Shown here piece after piece: positions 12,232 through 26,800 of a stretch of 64,000 nt of DNA (the stretch's first letter is position 1; every line of letters starts with the position of its first letter). Both the position numbers and the translations under genes were made by a program. The stretch is from positions 186,001 to 250,000 of the forward strand of contig MCFH01000054.1 in the NCBI GenBank assembly GCA_002104945.1. Reading direction: 5' to 3'. This DNA is from Piromyces finnis finn (Eukaryota > Fungi > Neocallimastigomycota). The notes beneath the pieces were generated by a model. The model ran no database searches. It was given only the letters and a program-made list of their open reading frames with translations, and was not told the DNA's origin.

Positions 12232-15200
12232 GTATATTTAGTATGTAATTTATATCAATAATTTTATATAATATTAATTTTATAAAAATAATTTTTTTTT
12301 TTTTTTTTAATTCATACCTGTACACCAAAATCTTGCATAACTTTAATTAATGTATTTTTAAGTCCAGGTATTTCCATTTGTTCTGGAATTCTTCGAATTA
12401 ATTTAATAGGATCAATGTAGGAACTTACATTTTCTAATAATCCAACAATAAATTCTAATGGAAGAGAAAAAAAAAATATTTAATATTATTTTATCCTATG
12501 TATATTTCTTTTATTATTATTCTATTTGTATATTAAAATAAGATTTGGGGGAATAATGAACTTACTTGGTTTATCCATTGAATAATTTATTAAATCTTCC
12601 CAGAGATCTGGATCATTTTGTTGTTGAGCAAATTCAATAGCCTATACATTTATAAAAGTAGTAATATATTTTAATAAAAAAAATAAAATTGTATAAATAT
12701 ATAGAAAGAGGGAGATGGATTGCCTTAGTGATATAATTATTTATGAATAAAAATTATATTTTTATGCAATTTTTCATTCATTTATTCTTTTTTTTTTTTT
12801 TAATCGATAATTACTCTTTGAACATCGCCTAATCTACTAATGATTAAATTGAGGGCTTCCTTATTATTACCCATTTGACCAAGTAAATAGACCATTTCAG
12901 GTACAAGATCTCTTGCTTCACATATTTTATAGGCATTTTCTAGTGAATAATAATTACTTGTTCTTAAAAAGGATAATAACCTTGGATAGTCATACTCGGC
13001 ATAGAGTTCAATCTTTTAAAAATAATAATACCAAATAAAAAAAAAAAAAATTAAAAAATTGCATTAATAAATACCAATTATAATAAATAATAATAAAAAA
13101 AATTGTATTGGAGGAGGTATAATCTAATAATCATTTCTCCCTTATATTATTATTATTATTATTATTATTGTTGTTGTTGTTGTTGTTGCTGTTATTGTTG
13201 TTGTTGGTATTGCTGTTGTTATTATTGTTCTTTAATTTATATATACATATATATTTTTTTTATTTCTATTTCTACTTTTTAAAAATACATACTTGTAATT
13301 TATGATAGTCATAACCTTCATGAAAATCTTTCTTTAATAAAGCATCTAAATAGATATGCAAATATTTTGGGTAGGGATAGAGTTGATTGACAACTTGAGA
13401 AATCTAATAGTTTAATTTATCAAGATATTAATATTTTTAAATAATATATCAGCATGAAAAGGATTACATTTTTACAAAAAAAAAAAAAAAAAAAAAAAAA
13501 AAATAAATTAAAAATTAAAAAAATATTTCTGTTAAATTATTTACCAAAATTCTATCGGTATTTTCAACTAAAATTTTAACGGCATCTCCTTTAACCGCTT
13601 CACGAATTTTTTGAAGAGGTGTAAACGTAAAGGTTTCTTCAACAACTTTATTAATAAGATTAAAATTCTTTTCTGATCTTGGGGTGATATTACCTGATTT
13701 TTTAGTGTCTTCTTCATTATCACTATCCACTGTACTTGTAATATTACTAGTAATATTACTGGTTGTATTACTATTAGTCATACTACTGGTTTTACTGGTT
13801 ATACCATTTTTAATGGTACCATTAATAACTTTAGATTTATTTTTTAATGATGCTTTTTGTTGTTTTTTAATTAAACGACTTTCAACAAAATGTTCATCAT
13901 ATTTCATCATTAAAACAATTAATGGTTCTAACATACTATATAAATTATGCTTTTTAATTAAATCTAGTGCATTCGGTCTGTATATTTGTAAATAATAGGA
14001 TAGTGTCATGTCAAATTGTTTATTATAGGTATATCTTGAGGAAAAAAAAATAGTTTAAAATTAAAAAATTTCAATTTTAAAATGTAAATAATTAAAAGAT
14101 AATTATTAATTAATTATTACTTTTTTTTTTTTTTTATTTTCTATTAATACTTTTAGAAATTTTTTAATGAAAAATAAAAAAAAAAAAAAAAAAAACTTAC
14201 AAATCGGCCAAGGTACTTAAAAGAATGTCATTTTTAGAATCTTTTTCAAGTTCGGCTTCTACAAGAACAATAATTTCTGATATGTTATATATTGTTGATG
14301 GCCATTGTTCAATTTTATTATAAAATTTCTTTTTTTTTTTTTTTTTATAAATAAATATATTATTATGAGGAAAATAATGATGATAAATTAATATAATTTA
14401 TAGGATATAATTATATCAATATAGTAATAAATAGTAGAAATCTTTTTAGAATTTTGTATGAAAAAGATAATTACCACTTTATCATGCTTTAAAAGATAGG
14501 ATAATACTAATTCATATATAGATGGATTAAGTTGAGGGTTTGCATGTGGTATATATGGAATAATATCCTTTTTATATAAAGTAAAAATATATAATTTTTT
14601 TTTTTTTTAAAATTAATATTTATAAATAATACCATCAAAATAGTTATAAATACAACTAAAAAAAAAAAAAAAAAAAACATGAAAAGAAAATGAATATTTA
14701 TTTACTAAAAGTTTATCGGCTTCATTAAATGTTATAATCCATTCTTCCCATAATTTTCCATTTTGTCTTAAAATTTTTGGACATACAGCAGCAGCCTCGG
14801 AATAACGTTCTATTTTAATTTTAATTTTTTTTTTTTTTATATAATTTATTTCATTAATTAACCATTAGTTATTATTTAAAAAATGATTTTTTAATGAAAA
14901 AAAAAATATTATTCATCTTTTAAAAAGCTTTCATTTCTTACTCTCTTCTATAAGGGAAGTAATATATTTTAAACCTATATCTACTATATCATGTATAGAT
15001 CTACCACCATAGGAAGAATCTGCTTGTTCAACTGCAATTAATGCTTCTTCATAATTCTTCTTTTCTAATAACCATTCAATATGATCCTCAAGATCTCTTG
15101 GTTTTGCCAATATAATGGTTTTAGGTGATGAAATATAATATGTATTTTCTGATACAATATGTTCTATAGTTTTTTTTTTTAATTGATAATAAATTGAAAA

Positions 15201-17406
15201 AAAAAAGAGGTCATATTTATTTAATTAAATAGATATACATATTTTTTTTTATTATTACAATGACAATAATTACAATAATAATATTGTCATTATGGAAAAG
15301 ATAAAATTACCTAAATGATAATCATTTGATTTGAATCTTTCAAATTTTTGCATTGAAATAACATCTGCTGCAATTTCAACTCCATCATAATTAATCACAC
15401 GGATTTCTGGAGGTTGTGATTTCTATAAATATATTTATTCATAATATACAATATATCAGCAACTTAAAAATACTGGCAACAACAATTATAATAATAATAA
15501 TAAGAAGAACTACAAAAATCATAGTAACAATAACAATAATAAAAAATAATAATATGGATAATAAACCTGCTAAATCATATTGAATTTATTAAATGTATTT
15601 ATAACTTACTTTTCTTTTTTTTGGTGTATCAACTAAAACATCTATGTCTTTTAATTCATCTTTATCAATAATAAAAGCAATTAAAATTATTGAATCATCC
15701 AAGGTTGCTATACCCGATATAGAATAATCTGTTTTAAAACTATTGATATTTATATAGATATAGATATATTTTATAGATGAAAATATAAAATTTAAATAAA
15801 ATAATAATTTCTGCAATATTGATTATATTCATCTATTTGTATACATAATTAAAATTAATTTTTTTTTATATTGACATACTCGTAAATAACCTCAAGGTAT
15901 TTTTGAACAGATGAAGTTAAAGCTGTTAATACATCATCACTTTTAGTTTCTTTAATTTGAATAACCTTAATGTTATCTGCCCAACCACATATAAGTTCAT
16001 TATCAGACTTCCAATAAAGATGACATTTAAAAAGTTCAGCTCTTGGACTATTTTTAGGTCTTTGAATAGTACCTATTTTTGATTCTGAATTAATATCATA
16101 TACACTTATACCCTAAAATATATATATATAATATTTATATAAAATAAATAAGTTATTATTTATTTCATAGTCAAATAAAGTATTCTCTACTTTTTTATTT
16201 ATTTCTATTTTTTTAAAAAAAAAAAGATTTTGAACTATTTAATAATTAAAAATAATTTAAAATTAAAAAAAAAAAATATTTTGTTTGTCTTTCCATTTAC
16301 ATTATCATTGGCCCAAGCAATATAATCATTTCTCCATTTAATGGATCTCACAGGTCCTTCACCAGAAAATAATACAGTATCTCTATTTCCGAACCAACCT
16401 TTATAACAATATATATGATATATGTTATTTCGTATTTAATAGAGTTAAACAAATTTATAAATAAAAATTCAATGTACTTCTTATCATCAATAAATTTACC
16501 TTTTCCACTTAAAACTAATTGTTCAGCTGTACCACCTGAAACTAATTGCCTTGAACTCTTTTTACTAAAGTTTGGTTCTAAAGCAACTGATTTTACAGGC
16601 CTTTTGTAGGTATAGCTATTGGCATCGGTAGTATATAATCCATTGATTACTACACGACCTTTTGAATAGAGAAAAAAATACAATTAAATATATTGTTATA
16701 AAAAAAATTGAAATTAAATAAATAGACCTTTGAATTAATAGATTCATAAGCCTTTTTTTTTTTTTTTTTAATTTATTTTTTTCTTTGAAATTTACCATCG
16801 TCCGATGCACTAGCAACATATTCCCCATTATCATCAATACTAATTTGATTGATAGTAGCTGAATGACATTTAAAACGTTTTACTGAATTACCGTTTAAAT
16901 CAAGAATATGTATCATACCATTATGTGTACCGACAGCCTTTATTTATATTTTAAATGTAATATTAAAATGAAATTTTAATTTCAATTTTTAATTTCAATT
17001 ACTTTTTTTTTATACTTAGTTTTTATATATATATATATATATAAATTTGATTTTATTAATTATTTCTTACTAAAAATCTATCCGAAGCTGTAATAGTACT
17101 AATATTATCTCTTTTCAAAATATCCGATAATGACTCTGAATTAATAATTTGATATTTTAATTTTGGTTCTGATTCAATTTCTTCTTGGTTATCACTTTCG
17201 TCTTCACTAGTATCCTGGTCTAAATTAAAAGCGTTAATTAAAGCTTGATTTTTAAGTATATTTTGTTTATTATCGGATTCTTTTTGACTTTGATATATAG
17301 GTGGTTTTGTTTGTTCTAAATTATCTTTTATTGATTTTTCATTTTCAGTAATTTCTTCCATATCTACTATTAATTCCTTACTCCCTTTATTTTTTTTATT
17401 GTCCAT
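11116..17406 (-). CDS. VPS41: HOPS complex subunit Vps41 (WD40 propeller, clathrin-like repeat, C-terminal RING-H2); about 19 exons
   Basis: Spliced peptides EPKLKYQ; AVGTHNGMIHILDLNGN; RPVKSVALEPNF...LVSGGTAEQLVLSGKGWFGNRD; PRDLEDHIEWLL; IELYAEYDYPRLLSFLRTSNYYSLENAYKICEARDLVPEMVYLLGQMGN; AIEFAQQQNDPDLWEDLI; CSIC...FFCRHWFHEKC...CPIC. All junctions checked are GT-AG. Confidence 0.95.
13144..13228. repeat. (TTA)n/(GTT)n microsatellite within a VPS41 intron
   Basis: Visible trinucleotide runs. Confidence 0.85.
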
Positions 17407-19103
17407 ATCATTAAATTTTTTTTTATCTTTATAAATAAATTTTGATAGGGTGTATGTGTGTGTATGTTGTGTGTATGTATATGTTTTTTTTTTTTAAAAT
17501 AAATATTTTGATATGCGTTTTTTTTTTTATTTTTTGTTATCTATTTTAAAATTTAATGGTTAAATATCTTAAATTTCAAAAAGAGAACAATTATTTTAGT
17601 TTTTTATCAACATATAGGAGAGTGAACTTAACATAATTTATATTAAATATAAGTTATAAATACCTTTAAAATGGTTTATTGTATTTATAGAAATGATTAA
17701 ACTTTTAAAGTTTTTAATTATTATTTTATATAATATGAATTAAAAGCTTTTTTTAATTTTTTTTTTTTTTATATTTTTTTATGATATTTCTTTCCTTGTA
17801 TTTATTTTATGCTATTATTATTTGTTATGTTTTTTTTTTTTTTCTTTGGAATTATGTTTATATTTTACAATTATACATTATATTTTATATTAATATTATG
17901 TAAAATTAATATTATACATATAATTATGATAGTTACAGTAATATAAAGGATTTCTTTTTTTTTTTTTTTTAATTTTTTTATTACTATAAACTATTCTTTA
18001 CAAAATAAATTTTAATATTTTGGTGATTTCGTTGTTAAAAAGAAATAAAATTTCCTCTATTAAATCGAAATGTAAAAATTTGTTAATTCTTGAGAATTTA
18101 ATTTTTTTTTTTTTTGCTTAAAATGCTTCCTTTATTATTGTAAATTGCAATAAAAGAATGAATTTATAAATGAATGAATGAATATTATTATATTGTCTTT
18201 TTCATAATATTTCTTTCTTTTCTCTTTCTTTTTCTTTTTTTTTTTTTTACTTTATATATTTCTTTCTTTTTTTTTTTAAATGTTCAATTGAAGAGTTTTT
18301 TTTTTTTTTTTTATTTTTTTATTATCTTTTTATTATTATTATTATAAACTATTTTCAATATATTAATTAATTAAATAATATATAATTAAATTTATAAAGT
18401 TATATATTATAATACAATCCAAATGAATAATAATTTATTTGATAATCTTAAATTTTTTTTTTTTAAAAATTGATTATCCATAAATTTAAAATTTATTTGT
18501 TGGAAACATGAAATATAAAGTGGATAAAAAAGAAAAAGTAATTTTTTTTTTTTTTTTATAAATATAAAGTAATACTTAAAAATAAGAAAAAATATTGATT
18601 TTTATTTTAAAGAAAATGATATAAAGAAAAAAAATTGTAAATTTCAATTAATAATAATAATTATAATAATTATAATAAAAATAATAATAAAAATTAGTAT
18701 TAGTATTTTAAAATTTTATAAATTTTGATTTTTATAAATTAAAAAAAATTTTTTAAGGTAAAAAAAAAGAAAGAATCTTTTGATTAGAATTGTTTTTTTT
18801 TCTTTTTTTTTTACTTATTCTCTTTTTTTATATATAATTTTATAAAAACAAACTATTGAAAAAGTGCTTTAACTACTTTAAAAATTGAAATTCTTTGCAT
18901 TAAATAAAGTTCCTTTTCTTTTTTTAAAAAAATTCTTTTTTTCAATTATTTTAAAAAAAATTATGGAAAAAGCGTAGCTTTGATTGGATTAAATATTAAA
19001 TTTTAAAATCACTTATAAACTTTTAAATATTAAAAATTTATTATAATATTTTGTTAAACCAAAAAAAAAAAAAAAAATAAAAAAAAATAGAAAATCAATC
19101 AAA

Positions 19104-21000
19104 ATGACTTCTAAAAGTTTATGTGTTACTCGTTTAATTGAAGAAAGAAAATTATGGAGAAAAGGTATGAAATAGTGTTATACATATAATTTATAATAAT
19201 AATAAATATTTTATTATTATTTATGCTATGTATATTTCAATATATAGTAATAAGAACCATAATGATTGAAGCTATTTGGAAATGTTCATAAATGATAATA
19301 AATACATTAAACGTTTTGTTAATATTTGAAATTTGATAAAATCGTTTTTTTTTATAATCCATATAAAATGGTATTGAAATAAAGAAAAGAAAATTAATAA
19401 GGAAAAAAAAATTTATTAAAACATGAAGCAAAATTAATTTAAATTTTAAAATATTAAATCACATAGTTATTATAACGAAAAGACATATCTTTAGCAATTC
19501 ACCATCGAACTATATTTTCATAAATATATATATAAATTCTCAAAGACACAAAAATAAAAAAAATAATTTCAAAATTTTAAAATTGATTCGAAATTTCCGG
19601 AATTTTTTCTTTTCATTTATCTTTTATTTATCCATTTTATTGAAATTTTAGATCTCAAAAAAGAAATCAACTATATCCAATTAAAAATTAATAATTAAAA
19701 ATCTTTATATCGAAACTCAATAACCATTTATTAAATTTAATATTGTTGAAATATGATTTCTTTTTTTTTTTTTTTTTATTTATTCTATACTGGATAATTA
19801 TAAAAGATTATTGTGTTAACTTAATAAATAAAAAAAAAAAAAAGTACAAAAAGTATTAATACTTTTATTCTTTATACTTTATATTGAAAGACCATCCATA
19901 TGGTTTTTGGGCTAGACCATTAAAATTACCAAACGGTGATATGGATATTATGACCTGGCAAGCTGGTATCCCAGGAAAAGAGTAAGAAACTTAATTTATT
20001 TAAAAGAATCAAATGATTTTGATAATTAATTCCATGTAAAATTTTATAGAGGTACTGACTGGGAAGGTGGTGTATATAAATTACAAATGACTTTTACTGA
20101 AGGTATTTTATTAAAAATAAATAAATATATATATATCACATTGTATTATTTTGTTTTGTATTTTATTTTAATCTTTTAAATGTAATAAATTAGAATATCC
20201 ACAAAAACCACCAAAGTGTAAATTTGTTCCACCTCTTTTGTAAGTTTAAAATTAAAAAAAAATAATATATAAACAAAAATTTATATTATTATATTTTATA
20301 ATTAATATATATATATTTAATAAATAAATATAAAAATATTAAAAATTAATAATAATAGCCATCCAAATGTATATCCATCAGGTAAATAAATTGAATAATA
20401 AAAAAAAATAAATAAATAATATGGTAAATTGGTAAATATTAAAAAAAAAAAAAAATTATAATCCTACATGGATAAAACTTTAGGCACTGTCTGTTTAAGT
20501 ATTCTAAATGAAGATCAAGTATGTAAAATTTAGTTCAATTTGAAAATGATTTATAGTTTTATTAATTATTATTACATCATTTTATAAAAATATCTATTAT
20601 TTTAATAGGATTGGAAACCAAGTATTACCATAAAAGATATATTAACTGGTATTCAAGTTTTATTAAATGAACCAAATCCAGATAGTCCAGCACAAGTAAA
20701 TACAATAATAATAAAATATTTTTCAGTTTATTATCATAAAGATATTCATTATTCCTGCTATTTCTAATCGATTAAAATTTCATATATATATATATTATAG
20801 GAAAAGGCATACTACATGTATATGAGAGATAAAGAATCTTATATTAAACAAGTAAAACAACAAGCCAAGGTAATTTTGAATTCATTCAATGCCTATTTAT
20901 TTATCGTATATTTAACATGGATAGGACAAAAATATATAAATATACCTATATTCATTTTTTTTTATTTTATTTTTATTTTTTTTAGGATAATGCTGAATAA
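19104..21000 (+). CDS. UBC9: SUMO-conjugating enzyme Ubc9; 9 exons
   Basis: Spliced: [30 protein letters not shown]...[21 protein letters not shown]...[64 protein letters not shown]...KQQAKDNAE*. The ERKxWRKDHPxGF motif is Ubc9-specific. Confidence 0.97.
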
Positions 21001-21495
21001 AGTGATAAAGCTTCCCATCTCTTTTTTTTTTTTCTTCCATAATACTATGATGGAAGCATAAATAATGATAGTGAAAAAAAAAAAAAAAAAAAAAAAAATT
21101 CTATTTATATCAAATTTATTTATTACAGAATGAAACATAACTTATCCATATAATAAAATAAAAATACCTATTCCATAATAAAATTAATAATAATAATAAT
21201 CATAATCATAAAAAACTACCAATTAAAAATAAAAAGTTACGCAAAAAATGTGTGTGTGTGTGTGTGTTTTTTTTACAGATAAATATTTATTAAGTAGAAA
21301 TATTAATAATTAAAATTATATATATTAAATATATTAAAAATAGAATGACATTAGATATAATAATCATTTAGTAGAAGTAGTAGTAGTAGTAGTAGTAGTA
21401 TGACAAAATTGAAAATAAAATAAAAAAAAAATATTTAAGCAACATTTAATTTTTGGTTAAAAAAATAAAAATGTATGAACGTCTTTTTAATTCAT

Positions 21496-22790
21496 TTAAT
21501 CATCAGTAGCCATGTAAGCATCCATTTCAGCATCAAGTTGTTCTGCTGACTTTTGTGGTTCCTTAGACTTGTTGAAACGGTTGTTTCTACGGCCATTTCT
21601 ATAAAACATTAAAATAGTGTTACAAAACATTCATTATGAATAGTATCTATTTATATTGATATTTACCTTGGACCTCCTCTTCTACCTTGTCTTGAAGAGG
21701 AAACAGCGGCAGCGGCAGCTGAAGATAAAACGATTTCAATCTTCATAGCTCTTCCATCTAAAGTAACATTGTTGTATTTATCAGAAGCACGTTTAGCATC
21801 AGCTTTACGAACAAAAACAACTTGACCAGAACCTTTTCATTTGTAAATATGAATATTCCCGTTAGAAAGGTAAAATAAATTTTGCATTTGCGGTTTGTTA
21901 TTTTTGTTATTACTATTCAAAATAAATAATTACCTTTGGAACGACCATTGTGATCAAAATTTAAAGAAACTGAACGAATTGGACCAATGTCATTGAATAA
22001 TTCCTGTATTTTTGTGTTGTTGATATGAATAGTAATAATTGATTTAATTTAGGTTATTTATTAAAATATTTTTGATTAATAAACTTCATGTAGAAAAACT
22101 AAAATCACTATTATAATTGGAGTTTAATTTTTCTTTCTCAAATAAACAATAACAATTTGATTTTATCTATCTTTGACAAACGAAATATTTTGTACTGAAT
22201 TTGAATAATTATATAGATATTGATCTTATTTTATGTATACTATATACCAAAAATATAAACAACTATTTACTGTAAATGTTTTTCTTATATATATAAAGTA
22301 TCTCTTTTTTATTTTTCTTGGAATAGAATCTTATTATTTTAATCGCTTTAAATAATAAGACTTTTTTTAAATTTCAATTTATACCAATAGTATCTGATAA
22401 TACCCAAGAGTTACTTATATAAAAAAAATAACATTTTTTTTTCAATTCAATTTTTTTAAACAATTTTTTTTCCCATAAACAATTACACCAAAGTTGTATT
22501 TTTTTTTAAACTTATTAAAATTCAAAATAAAATTACAAATTAATTTTTTTAATTGAAACAAGACTCACTCTAAGATCTTTTTCAGTAACTTTGTATTCAA
22601 GATTAGAAATCATGATTTTTGATCCATCATCTCTTTTTCCTTTATGATTATTTCCTCTTCTTGAATTTAAAGTGGAAATTTTGTTACTAATACGACGGCT
22701 ACCATTATTTCCATCACGTCTTTGGTTTCTTCTTCTGTTATTCTTCTTCTTTGAGATAATTTCATCAAGACTCATTCCAATTCTTTCCAT
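21496..22790 (-). CDS. YRA1: mRNA export adaptor Yra1/ALYREF (REF family RRM protein); 4 exons
   Basis: N-box MSLDEII; RRM SKIMISNLEYKVTEKDLR|ELFNDIGPIRSVSLNFDHNGRSKGSGQVVF...YNNVTLDGRAMKIEI; C-box KSAEQLDAEMDAYM. Confidence 0.92.
22004..22568 (-). other. Long (565 nt) first intron of YRA1, phase 0 between DLR and ELF
   Basis: Donor AGA|GTGAGT at 22568 and acceptor ATACAG|GAA at 22004. Splicing restores the RRM frame. Confidence 0.9.
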
Positions 22791-23890
22791 GGTGACTTTT
22801 ATTATAGTAATATAAAATTGTGTTTTTAAAATATAATCTTTTAAAAATAGTTTATTTATAAACTCAAAGGGTATTTATTTATTTATTTATAAAGATATTG
22901 AGTATATTTTAGTTTCTTAAAAAAAAAAAATTGTTCTCAATATTCCTTTACTTTTTTTATTATTTATTTTTGGGAAAAGTAAATAAAAAAAAATATAGTA
23001 TATAATCTTAAACTTTTTTATATATATATATATAATTTATTTTTATTAATATATTTATATATAATTAATGGTTAATTATAAAAATATGGATTATTTTTAG
23101 TTTTATATTAAATTTAATTTTATTATTTATTAAGATTCATTATTTGATTATTATTTTTAATATAACTTTAAATGAATTACTAAATAATCCAATCAACATT
23201 TAAAATGTAATATAAAATGTATTAAATTCTGAAGTATTACATTATTCTACCAATCATATTTTAATACCTATAGATTTGTAATTCTTTTATATTAATAGAA
23301 ATGTTTGGTAACAATATATTAAAATTTATTTTGTAATCATTTATTTATTATAATGTACAATAAAATGTTCATTAGAATAATTTTTATATAGAAAATTGTC
23401 AACATAAATTAATATTAATAATTATTCCACTCCCTTTTTTATTTGAAAAAAAGAAATGGAGAAGGAGAATTATGTGAAAAAGAGGTTTACGTATTGTAGT
23501 ATAAACTAGAATAAACTAGTTAAAGACAGTATAATCATTAGTTAGAATTTATTTTCATAATATGCAAAAGAATGAATACTATTTATTTATGATTATTCAA
23601 AACTTTCTTTTTTTTTTTTTTTATTTAAATATATTTGTGGGTATTAGATATGATTATGATTATGTCTTTGTTACTTTTATTATACACATCTATTAATATT
23701 TTAAAAAGAATGAATTGTTAAACCATATGTCATTTTTAAAAATTATTTTAAATGTTGTAAATTTTATTTAATTTATTAATAATACATATTGTATTGTTAT
23801 TAATTCATTTAAAAGATAAAAATAGTTTATATATATATAAATAAAAAAATAAAAATTATTTATTAATTTTATTACTAAATGTAACTTGAA

Positions 23891-26800
23891 TTATTGTTTA
23901 TTTTTTGAATTTTCTAATGGTATAGAAACAATTCCATAAATTTGGGATAATGAATTAAATAATAATTCGAAATTGTTTGTTACTAATTTGTATATTTCAA
24001 CAGGAATCTTTTCTTTACTAACACCAATATAATCTACCCATTCCCATGATGTAGCGTCACCTATAACCTTTAATTGAGGTTCTAACACAATGGGTTTTAT
24101 TGCTTTAAATACCATATCATCATCATCATCTTGACTCTTAAAGAGATCTTGATGTTTTTGAGACATTATATTAATTTCATCATTAATTTGTTTTTTATAT
24201 TCTCTCATCTTTTTCTTATCTTCATTAATATCATTTTCTTTAGAATTACCTGTTCGTTCTTGTTTTTTATTATTGGATTCGACGTTATAATCAATTGATT
24301 CTAATGTGCCGGTTCCTGGATTATCTTTGGAATCATTATTAATTGTACTCAAATATAATTTTATTACATTAATTAAATAAATATACAATCCAAAGTTAAG
24401 AGCAACATCAATAGGTTCACTGAAAGATGAGTCAAAGGAATACTCTATTAATTTCTCATGCAGATATTTACTTGCATTAAGATTAATAATTGTTTTTGGA
24501 ACATTTAATATATTTTTCGATACACTTTCCTCTAAATAAGCAAACCATTTGTCAATTTCAAGAGAATTTTCATTTTGCTTAGTTACAAATTTGTAACTTC
24601 CTTTAACTACCTTAATTCCATCACAGGAGAATTTTGTTTCTTCAATAATCCTTTTAATATCTTCTTTTTTAATAACTTGTTGTGTATCATAGTTTAGCTT
24701 AACATCAAGAACTAGCTTATTAGAGTTAAGTCTTACTGAATCAGGATCTTTAAAATTATATCTAAATGCTACAATTAATGCCTTTTCTAATGTGATTGTA
24801 ATTACACCGTAGAGGGAACAGAAAATTTTTGATGAAACATCAAATATATAGTCATATGCAATCTTTTTGATGATATTTTCTTTTATCTTTTCTTTTTCAT
24901 TCTTCTTCTTTTTCTCGTTTTCCTTGTCACTAATATTATTATTTGAAGAAAGTAAAAGTTGCTTTTCTATAATAAAGGAAGAAAATCTATTGTATATAGC
25001 CATGACCATAGAAATCGTCTTTTTGGAAACACATACTTTAATATATTTAATTACTGCATCTGTCTTTAAGAATAATTTTGGTTTTTCCATTAATTGATAT
25101 AAATCACTAATTACTAGGTAGATATCAGTTATATCTAATAAGAACGTTTTATCAAATTGGTATACCAAGTCAGAATATATTCTACCAATTTTATTCAAAC
25201 TTAAAGCTGAATATGAATTATTGTCTTTCGATAGTGATAAAATTGGATTTCTGACATCACCATTCATATTAATATTATCGATTTTCAGGTATCCTTGTAA
25301 TTTTCCTTCGGTAGTTAATGATATACTCTTAATGATAAAATCCGCATTAGATCTTGGTATATTCTGTTTAATTACTTTATTATAGCATAAATTTATCATT
25401 TCAAAATTAATATCACCTTTACCTGTAATCTGACTTAAATCATAAATAAAATGAATTTTCCCAATATTTGCCATTATATAGAATGAAAAGTTATTCTTAG
25501 ATGTAGATAAATAATCTGTAAATTCCATAGAAAATGATCTCTTTTTTCCGATAGTAGAACTTGTGTGACTATTAACCGATACGCCAGTATTACTTTTATT
25601 GATAGGTTCAATGGCATAATTAGTATTGTTAACATCACTACCTAAATTATCCGTTATCTTCAATAACGTGCCTACCCATACATCATATAATATTAAGAAA
25701 TCTTGAAGATATCTTATATTAAAATTCATTTTTATTAAAGGAATATTAAATTCTCCAATGTTAGAATAGTCAAGAATACTTTCATCAATATTTAAAAATG
25801 TATAATTAACAATAATTTTAGTTAGGCAAATGTCAAAGAAATGCTCAGGAGAATAGGTATTATTAACCAATAAAGATAAATCACTAAGGTTTAATGATGA
25901 AATAAATGAATGTCTACTATCGCTGCTTAATGCGTATATTGTAGTAAGAGATATGTTATTAAAATGGAATATACACATTGCATTCGAATCTGGTTGGCAT
26001 GATAAACCAAATTTTGTTTCACCTATATGCATATTTACACATAAAATATGACCAATAAATATAGAAAGTATATCTTTTATATTTGAAGGTTTTGACACTT
26101 CATTATTCTTTACATTTTGTTTTAATTTATCCTCTGTTTTAAACCTATAATTATTAATTTGAATAATATTAATAGTTGACTTTAAGTTTATAACAAATTG
26201 ATCAATAAATCTTATCAGAGATGGCCTCAAAATATTTTCTGTTCCAGATATATCGATATTCAGGAATATTTGATCAAAATCGGTATTCGAACAATCAATT
26301 AATTTTTGATTAACTGCTTTATTAAAACATAAAAAGAAACTAATTTTAGGGAAATTGAAGATATGAAGATTTACTTTTTTATTATTGCCATATTCATTAC
26401 TGTTATCAAATTCATTATAATTTGATGATATTTTTAATACTGAGGGTTCAAATTCACATTCTACTTTTATCCTACTTAATATTGAAAGATCAAATGATTT
26501 CTGATTTTTATTATTATCTTTTTTTGCATTAACTTCATTATCATTTTCCATTGAAATTAAATTTTCATAATCACTAAATCTTCTTAAACTTCTGTAATAC
26601 AATTTTACAATAAGATCAATATATATCGAAAGATCTAAATTTAAATCAATGGATACCCCATTATTTGAACTTTTAACTAAATACATATCTTCATTATTTT
26701 CATCCTTTATAGTATTTATTAAAACTTCACATTTTGGAAGAGCAATTCTATTTTCAACTGGATGAGCTAATGGTGAAAAGTTTTTCGAATCAAAAGATTC

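Noticed and set aside
15568-15570. Possible 3-nt microexon (ag|CAG|gt) in a VPS41 intron
   Set aside because: It would leave a 39-nt upstream intron, shorter than any other here, and is not needed for the frame.
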